NCBI RefSeq assembly: GCF_037042905.1
Contig: NC_087252.1
Location: 372,001-436,000, forward strand
Direction of reading: 5' to 3'
Length of the DNA: 64,000 nt
Origin: Lytechinus pictus
Lineage: Eukaryota
Part shown: positions 62,601 through 64,000 of the stretch, in pieces
How positions within the stretch are numbered: the stretch's first letter is position 1
Layout: every line of letters begins with the position of its first letter
The notes under the pieces: generated by a model
Databases searched by the model: none
What the model saw: only the letters and a program-made list of their open reading frames with translations
What the model was told of the DNA's origin: nothing
Made by a program: the position numbers and the translations under genes

Positions 62601-62786
62601 GTAAATGGAATTATAAAATAATCTTATATGGATTGTCTTAACATATCAACTACTTAATTCTGGAATTCATGTAGACTTGTACAGAGATCACCCATTTCTA
62701 GTGGTCAATGGGTTAAGAACTTACTCTGGCAAGATGGTGAAGTTGACAACTGCTGTCTCCAAAAGATCTTGAAGTTCAATCAGGTC
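388..62786 (-). CDS. Divergent dynein heavy chain (axonemal/outer-arm-beta-like or DNHD1-like); partial spliced CDS, 47 exons in window, both ends outside
   Basis: Manual splicing of 47 GT-AG exons with consistent phases. Dynein motifs: [48 protein letters not shown] (AAA2), [14 protein letters not shown] (AAA3), [40 protein letters not shown] (MTBD). Orthology not determined. Confidence 0.95.
803..959. mobile_element. Short Harbinger-like MITE
   Basis: GGGCCCGTTTCATAAAG TIR, CAG TSD; related degenerate copies ~6371, 18865, 52251. Confidence 0.65.
1327..1546 (-). CDS. Dynein HC exon 46 (…[16 protein letters not shown]…)
   Basis: AAFxxYLGP motif; AG/GT. Confidence 0.93.
1994..2234 (-). CDS. 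Dynein HC exon 45, stalk CC2 (KVKP...LDTANR)
   Basis: Coiled-coil with VxP; AG/GT. Confidence 0.93.
2522..2692. mobile_element. MITE family GGGTGTTTCATAAAGCTG (copies ~23100, 23500, 33320, 58390, 61610)
   Basis: Palindromic ends; multiple dispersed copies. Confidence 0.7.
3250..3411 (-). CDS. Dynein HC exon 44, MTBD (FLEELASFD...[11 protein letters not shown])
   Basis: MTBD motif; AG/GT. Confidence 0.94.
3658..3724 (-). CDS. Dynein HC exon 43, MTBD ([21 protein letters not shown])
   Basis: DxxW motif; AG/GT. Confidence 0.9.
3969..4248 (-). CDS. Dynein HC exon 42, CC1 and MTBD start ([10 protein letters not shown])
   Basis: MTBD motif; AG/GT. Confidence 0.92.
4726..4882 (-). CDS. Dynein HC exon 41, stalk CC1
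   Basis: Coiled-coil; AG/GT. Confidence 0.9.
5158..5292. repeat. (CAT/CAC)n microsatellite
   Basis: Visible. Confidence 0.95.
5313..5463 (-). CDS. Dynein HC exon 40
   Basis: AG/GT; phase-consistent. Confidence 0.88.
6127..6293 (-). CDS. Dynein HC exon 39 (VRNNFRVVL...RCREYPAL...W)
   Basis: AAA4 motifs; AG/GT. Confidence 0.93.
6809..7014 (-). CDS. Dynein HC exon 38 ([10 protein letters not shown]...LFSSEE...WNFFL)
   Basis: AAA4 motifs; AG/GT. Confidence 0.93.
7647..7889 (-). CDS. Dynein HC exon 37, AAA4 ([14 protein letters not shown]...FKADL...KAGVK)
   Basis: GHALLV motif; AG/GT. Confidence 0.93.
8351..8790. mobile_element. Penelope-like remnant with inverted pLTR and atypical hammerhead motif
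   Basis: Inverted arms ~8351-8515 and 8639-8758; minus strand TCAC-TTGATAA-..-GAAA-GCTC-GTGA at 8491-8531; CCAAT and TATAAAT upstream; TSD TATTGAAACATT at 8339 and 8792. Confidence 0.7.
8871..9116 (-). CDS. Dynein HC exon 36 (…LQDAVEEYN…)
   Basis: AG/GT; an alternative in-frame acceptor at 9110 is possible. Confidence 0.88.
9151..9745. mobile_element. TTAA-flanked MITE (Kolobok-like AGG...CCT ends)
   Basis: TTAA TSD, TIRs; second copy at 52631-53234. Confidence 0.8.
11928..12192. mobile_element. MITE family GGGxCxCGTCTTACAAAGAG (copy 29155-29391)
   Basis: TIRs; second copy. Confidence 0.65.
12222..12393 (-). CDS. Dynein HC exon 35 (…[14 protein letters not shown]…)
   Basis: LWxHExxxVYxxRL motif; AG/GT. 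Confidence 0.93.
12789..13554. mobile_element. piggyBac-like MITE (CCCT...AGGG, TTAA TSD)
   Basis: TTAA flanks; G/C-run hairpins; related copies elsewhere in window. Confidence 0.8.
13796..13959 (-). CDS. Dynein HC exon 34 (…[21 protein letters not shown])
   Basis: HYxFxLRD motif; AG/GT. Confidence 0.93.
14093..14372. repeat. (CAT/CAC)n microsatellite
   Basis: Visible. Confidence 0.95.
14388..14481 (-). CDS. Dynein HC exon 33
   Basis: AG/GT; phase-consistent. Confidence 0.85.
15127..15335 (-). CDS. Dynein HC exon 32 (VDQFSHQ...VRQHLD...RLVRHF)
   Basis: RQHLD and RLxRHF motifs; AG/GT. Confidence 0.93.
16249..16375 (-). CDS. Dynein HC exon 31, AAA3 Walker B ([12 protein letters not shown])
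   Basis: Motif; AG/GT. Confidence 0.93.
16917..17077 (-). CDS. Dynein HC exon 30, AAA3 Walker A ([13 protein letters not shown])
   Basis: P-loop; AG/GT. Confidence 0.94.
17297..17617. repeat. Near-perfect ~150-bp tandem duplication in intron
   Basis: gtaagacacatcctg...aaacatattg occurs at ~17298 and ~17466. Confidence 0.85.
17617..17922. mobile_element. MITE family GGCCCGTATTCTGAAGTC (copies ~5590, 21002-21314, 45010-45306, 55506-55822)
   Basis: TIRs; multiple dispersed copies. Confidence 0.75.
18084..18212 (-). CDS. Dynein HC exon 29 (VFDYFVD...FVHTVTTE)
   Basis: VFDY and VHT motifs; AG/GT. Confidence 0.92.
18586..18756 (-). CDS. Dynein HC exon 28 (…[11 protein letters not shown]…)
   Basis: FAxxWAFGG motif; AG/GT. 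Confidence 0.92.
19315..19617 (-). CDS. Dynein HC exon 27 ([16 protein letters not shown]...)
   Basis: SPxxxSRxG motif; AG/GT. Confidence 0.93.
20145..20258 (-). CDS. Dynein HC exon 26 (…[12 protein letters not shown]…IFWE)
   Basis: LxLxNxERI-like motif; AG/GT. Confidence 0.92.
20359..20594 (+). mobile_element. Penelope-like pLTR remnant with inverted arm and hammerhead motif
   Basis: Inverted arms around CTGAGGA-cgacaag/cttgtt-GAAA at 20450-20479; TSD AATACAGGTA at 20349 and 20595. Confidence 0.7.
21327..21438 (-). CDS. Dynein HC exon 25 (EWRDGLF...LDGE)
   Basis: WxDG and LDG motifs; AG/GT. Confidence 0.92.
21679..22040. repeat. Compound tetranucleotide microsatellite (CTAT)(CTGT)(CAGT)(CAAT)
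   Basis: Visible. Confidence 0.95.
22065..22222 (-). CDS. Dynein HC exon 24, AAA2 Walker A ([12 protein letters not shown])
   Basis: P-loop; AG/GT. Confidence 0.93.
22261..22545 (+). mobile_element. tRNA-derived SINE, degenerate (partial copies at ~14-151, 1866-1965, 60795-60970, 63318-63472)
   Basis: Similarity to the 53266 copy. Confidence 0.65.
22706..22917 (-). CDS. Dynein HC exon 23 (…[11 protein letters not shown]…)
   Basis: AG/GT; ORF 22688..22987. Confidence 0.88.
23830..24024 (-). CDS. Dynein HC exon 22 (…[10 protein letters not shown]…DVFP…)
   Basis: ALRxxxxP...DxFP motif; AG/GT. Confidence 0.9.
24544..24645 (-). CDS. Dynein HC exon 21 (acidic insertion)
   Basis: AG/GT; phase 1-1, open. 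Confidence 0.78.
25282..25404 (-). CDS. Dynein HC exon 20 (…[12 protein letters not shown]…)
   Basis: Equivalent of YDWGLR sensor II region; AG/GT. Confidence 0.88.
25501..25977. repeat. Dispersed ~470-bp repeat with internal palindrome and no TIR (copy 49238-49697)
   Basis: Two highly similar copies in the window. Confidence 0.75.
26083..26187 (-). CDS. Dynein HC exon 19 ([11 protein letters not shown]...)
   Basis: GFxxAxxL motif across junction; AG/GT. Confidence 0.88.
26769..27107 (-). CDS. Dynein HC exon 18 (SWVCFNNLA...[18 protein letters not shown]...), AAA1
   Basis: LPxxLxxLFR motif; AG/GT. Confidence 0.93.
27434..29111. mobile_element. Non-autonomous hAT-like element with 5-bp TSD
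   Basis: Ends CAGGGCGCGACAAA / TTTGTAGAGGCCTG; CTGAG duplicated on both sides; subterminal TTGCCCG/GGGCAAG repeats; internal pyrimidine-rich tract. Confidence 0.65.
29792..31942. mobile_element. Non-autonomous DNA transposon (EnSpm/CMC-like) with internal minisatellite
   Basis: TIR CCCAGGACCAAAATCCA / TGGATTTTGGTCCTGGG; 2-bp TSD TG; internal AACTGGAACCAGTTGG higher-order repeats. Confidence 0.75.
29903..31110. repeat. Higher-order minisatellite of ~26-bp AACTGGAACCAGTTGGG-based units
   Basis: Directly visible tandem array. Confidence 0.9.
32057..32186 (-). CDS. Dynein HC exon 17 ([12 protein letters not shown]...VFNC...IFRGLAST), AAA1
   Basis: VFNC and xFxGLA motifs; AG/GT. Confidence 0.93.
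32808..32951 (-). CDS. Dynein HC exon 16 ([14 protein letters not shown]...MCVGSN), AAA1 start
   Basis: YGFEY motif; AG/GT. Confidence 0.93.
33864..33969 (-). CDS. Dynein HC exon 15 (…[12 protein letters not shown]…)
   Basis: Conserved FxWxSQLRY motif; phase 2 matches exon 14 across 15-kb intron. Confidence 0.93.
34030..34348 (+). mobile_element. Second copy of the same Penelope-like pLTR family
   Basis: Near-identical to 40840-41147; actc-CTGAAGA-cggacag/ctgtcc-GAAA-ggtt-gagt at 34036-34076. Confidence 0.75.
36140..36328 (+). promoter_or_regulatory. Candidate promoter and non-coding first exon of nested gene
   Basis: CpG-containing patch with GCATGCGC and ETS-like CTTCCGG (36170-36176); donor AA|GTGAGT at 36329. 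Inference only. Confidence 0.35.
36764..37448. mobile_element. piggyBac-like MITE, related copy in reverse orientation
   Basis: TTAA-CCCT...AGGG-TTAA; reverse similarity to 12789-13554. Confidence 0.65.
37552..39368. mobile_element. Non-autonomous TIR element nested in a TTAA-type MITE
   Basis: Perfect 15-bp TIR TAGGAGTGGGCTATA; flanks ttataag / taataag. Confidence 0.65.
39740..40048 (-). mobile_element. Degenerate CR1-like LINE ORF2 3' fragment
   Basis: Minus strand reads [38 protein letters not shown], typical of the post-RT region of CR1/L2-group elements; stops downstream. Confidence 0.6.
40596..41147 (+). mobile_element. Penelope-like pLTR remnant with inverted arm (~240-bp hairpin) and hammerhead motif
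   Basis: Arms 40596-40839 and 40875-41118; CTGAAGA...GAAACGTC at 40842-40874; 15-bp TSD ACATTATGCATTTAA at 40581 and 41148. Confidence 0.8.
41323..42273 (+). CDS. Nested gene: uncharacterised type I membrane protein (signal peptide, possible Ig-V-like ectodomain, TM). 316-aa unspliced ORF; probably spliced at 42141 to exon 44240-44491
   Basis: Long ORF with Kozak-like caacATGG; hydrophobic N-terminus; TM segment followed by ERRRPR; upstream acceptor tttaacag at 41215; strong in-frame donor AGA|GTAAGT at 42142. Confidence 0.8.
   Translation: MDLMRQNVILAVLTGLVLFSVLSCATSNEISSCVDSNEVECVDFDNTDNYCKVGENISARVDIRLLKEDLELILYELERVSLVSIDKTLTSGNTVKDKNFGSRFQVATNIKPAEEFGKLEIQMTLENFKRSDTTLMHVDIRLENKMISTQGKAFFPVQPEQTIPEVTTTAVTPNKKDDVHVAVFQILQDMNNTTNGLLDRMDRIEQTDSESDLHVWHLHENLTKGEQSKPEHVYGMYVYICIMTTLIVILEIMYFAWKLYERRRPRNSSHSARVSVHNLTKTNICLQVPFHVTKSGSGLPSILNSQEHKAFEQPGS
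42546..43614 (-). mobile_element. 5'-truncated, degenerate Penelope-like retroelement (RT C-terminus, GIY-YIG endonuclease, pLTR with hammerhead motif)
   Basis: [16 protein letters not shown] at ~43608; [20 protein letters not shown] (GIY-YIG); frameshifts; TATAAAA then attgc-CTGACGA-agact..agtc-aAAA-cgtt-gcaat at 42590-42632. Confidence 0.9.
44240..44491 (+). CDS. Probable last coding exon of nested membrane-protein gene (VSRNLVDR...GRYINM*)
   Basis: Acceptor tttctgtag|GTG; phase 0 matches donor at 42141/42142; open 83 codons. Confidence 0.65.
   Translation: MSRNLVDRSVNILVWLGTDGKRPIQEDLDKRIQREYSIINIPPEQTAIISGQDPKSSCPVEGEPLINNDKCTCRFVPGRYINM
46551..46796. mobile_element. Tc1/mariner(pogo)-type MITE
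   Basis: TA-CAGTCA...GCTG-TA; subterminal TTATCCGG repeats. Confidence 0.65.
46830..46865 (+). terminator. Candidate poly(A) signal of nested gene
   Basis: AATAAA at 46830 followed by a GT-rich tract, at the end of about 2.3 kb of T-rich 3'UTR-like sequence. Confidence 0.35.
47466..47632. repeat. (CAT)n / (TAT)n microsatellite
   Basis: Visible. Confidence 0.9.
48815..48981. mobile_element. Short palindromic MITE
   Basis: Near-perfect inverted repeat TACCATGGTCACATTTGCTCTA...TAGAGTAAATGTGAACATGGTA. Confidence 0.7.
49029..49218 (-). CDS. Dynein HC exon 14 (…[21 protein letters not shown])
   Basis: HxRDV motif; AG/GT. Confidence 0.92.
49238..49697. repeat. Second copy of ~470-bp repeat
   Basis: Similar to 25501-25977. 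Confidence 0.75.
50311..50502 (-). CDS. Dynein HC exon 13 (low-complexity insertion)
   Basis: AG/GT; phase 1-1; ORF 50294..50530. Confidence 0.8.
50887..50998 (-). CDS. Dynein HC exon 12 (DILTKMN...ELRKE)
   Basis: AG/GT; phase-consistent. Confidence 0.85.
51022..51307 (-). mobile_element. tRNA-derived SINE
   Basis: Reverse copy of the 53266 family. Confidence 0.8.
51787..52028 (-). CDS. Dynein HC exon 11 ([12 protein letters not shown]...[13 protein letters not shown]...)
   Basis: AG/GT; hand-translated, open. Confidence 0.88.
52631..53234. mobile_element. TTAA-flanked MITE (Kolobok-like), copy 2
   Basis: TTAA TSD; TIR AGGTCAAGTCCACCCCA / TGGGGTGGACTTGTCCT. Confidence 0.8.
53266..53555 (+). 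mobile_element. tRNA-derived SINE
   Basis: A-box-like GGCCCAGTGG, B-box GGTTCAAATCC, core CTCAACCCAGGTGAGGTGAATGGGTAC, (TAT)n tail. Confidence 0.8.
53835..54066 (-). CDS. Dynein HC exon 10 ([15 protein letters not shown]...)
   Basis: GxxExWL motif; AG/GT. Confidence 0.9.
54546..54891 (-). mobile_element. tRNA-derived SINE (related family; copies ~2950-3213, 56390-56752)
   Basis: B-box GTTTGAATCCC, core CTCTCCACCCAGGTG, TAT tail. Confidence 0.75.
55276..55430 (-). CDS. Dynein HC exon 9 ([14 protein letters not shown]...)
   Basis: AG/GT; linker similarity. Confidence 0.9.
56866..57009 (-). CDS. Dynein HC exon 8 (…[20 protein letters not shown])
   Basis: FPRFYF motif; AG/GT. Confidence 0.95.
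57441..58096. mobile_element. piggyBac-like MITE, related copy
   Basis: TTAA-CCCT...AGGG-TTAA; similar to 12789-13554. Confidence 0.75.
58127..58262 (-). CDS. Dynein HC exon 7 ([11 protein letters not shown]...CCQRK)
   Basis: AG/GT; hand-translated, open. Confidence 0.9.
59070..59279 (-). CDS. Dynein HC exon 6 (LESHQVALQ...WVELEE)
   Basis: Linker motif; AG/GT. Confidence 0.93.
59807..59986 (-). CDS. Dynein HC exon 5 (Ser/Arg-rich insertion)
   Basis: AG/GT; 180 nt, phase 0-0, open frame. Confidence 0.8.
60371..60534 (-). CDS. Dynein HC exon 4 ([15 protein letters not shown]...)
   Basis: AG/GT; linker similarity. Confidence 0.9.
61065..61218 (-). CDS. Dynein HC exon 3 ([22 protein letters not shown]...)
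   Basis: Conserved tail/linker motif; AG/GT. Confidence 0.93.
62039..62258 (-). CDS. Dynein HC exon 2 ([12 protein letters not shown]...SILVIQ)
   Basis: AG/GT flanks; ORF 62012..62296. Confidence 0.9.
62725..62786 (-). CDS. Dynein HC exon 1 of window ([21 protein letters not shown])
   Basis: AG/GT flanks; phase 2 joins next exon. Confidence 0.8.
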
Positions 62787-64000
62787 CTATCATAACAAAA
62801 TAAAAGTTAATTTAAGAGAAATGGTACAAAGAAGAAAAACAACCAAACATTGATCATTTTCATTGCCAAGAACAAGATGTGACACAGTGTGATCACATAG
62901 GTCTGAATTCACAAAGGTGATTTTGGAACCGTGGTTTCAAAGAATGGTTATGCAGATTTCATCCTCCATTACAATGAATTCAGCATGTATATTGAGAAAG
63001 CATCTAATAGAAAATGGGCACTTTTGCCACAGGGAGCTATAAATTTCAACACTTGTTACTTATAAGTCACTGTATTAATGAGCCTAATATTTATGAACAT
63101 TAATAAAACAAACAGTAAACTCATTAAAGCTCCATCCTTATTAAAAAGCATCAATTTTACTGTGCATTCATTCTCGGACTGTTTCTCAATTATAAGTGCT
63201 GAATTAAGCATAATCAATTGAAAATATCAGTATATAACACCATGGTTTGAAACCACAGATTCAAAGTCACCCTCTTGTTAAAATGGTCCATAGTCACTGC
63301 GTAAAAATAGCTCAAATAATAATAGTTAAATTTATAAAGCGCTTTTTGCCAGAGGATACAAAGCGCTGCTATTATTACTCCGGCTTTAGCTCGAGCTACC
63401 ATCACCGGCGCTCAGTGCATGTAAGGAATTACTCCTGCCGGGTACCCATTCACCTCACCTGGGTCGAGTGCATTGACCAAAACTAAACACTTTGAAAAAA
63501 AAATCATTCCCACTCACAGTAGAATGGGTAATGTAAGATCATGCAATAAAATAGATGCAAACATTGAGCAAAAACAAAAGCAAAGCAATATTATATTTGT
63601 TTGAATAAAATCATTCCATATATCAGTTACTACATGTATTTTCATCTTTAATAATCACTTACATATTGCAACTCATTTGACTGTCAAGCAACAGATTACA
63701 TATTGACTTTTTCTTTGTTTAGTGCAAATTTTGTGAAATTTCAAATGAAAATATTGCTAAGCAAACAAAATTGACAATGTGCAAAATAAATAATATCAAG
63801 CAATAAATAAAGCTGGTAACATATTTGTGAACACTTGTGGCTGACAAGGCATATCCAGTGAAATAATAAACAATGAATCACAAATAATGATATCTCATAC
63901 ATATGCATATCTTGCAAACTCATCTGCCTATATTCTCTAATAAACATTCAGATTTACCTATACTGTTGATAAAATAGTTGCAGCTGTCCATTGTCATTAT

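Noticed and set aside
388..62786. Dynein pseudogene
   Set aside because: All 47 exons have GT-AG sites and consistent phases, and no stop or frameshift was found.
388..62786. Assigning a symbol (DNHD1, DNAH9/11/17)
   Set aside because: The sequence is too divergent to assign orthology without a phylogeny.

Overview
AT-rich, intron-rich animal genomic DNA. The repeat landscape and splice usage suggest a marine deuterostome such as a sea urchin (inference only). One minus-strand gene spans the whole window: a divergent dynein heavy chain. I traced 47 GT-AG exons by hand (62786 to 388, 8215 nt, about 2740 aa, all junction phases consistent). They cover the distal tail/linker, AAA1-AAA4, the stalk and microtubule-binding domain, and the run-up to AAA5; both gene ends lie outside the window. 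The main catalytic site AAA1 and the AAA4 P-loop are degenerate, while the AAA2/AAA3 P-loops and MTBD are intact, which suggests a motor-dead or structural dynein. The 15-kb intron (33970-49028) hosts an opposite-strand nested gene for an uncharacterised type I membrane protein. It has a signal peptide, an Ig-V-like ectodomain and a TM helix with a Glu; a predicted spliced form ends in YINM. Introns carry five Penelope-like retroelement remnants with hammerhead-ribozyme motifs, three of them long hairpins with TSDs. They also carry tRNA-derived SINEs, many MITEs/non-autonomous DNA transposons, LINE 3' fragments and microsatellites. Degenerate copies of exon boundaries recur in the introns next to those exons.
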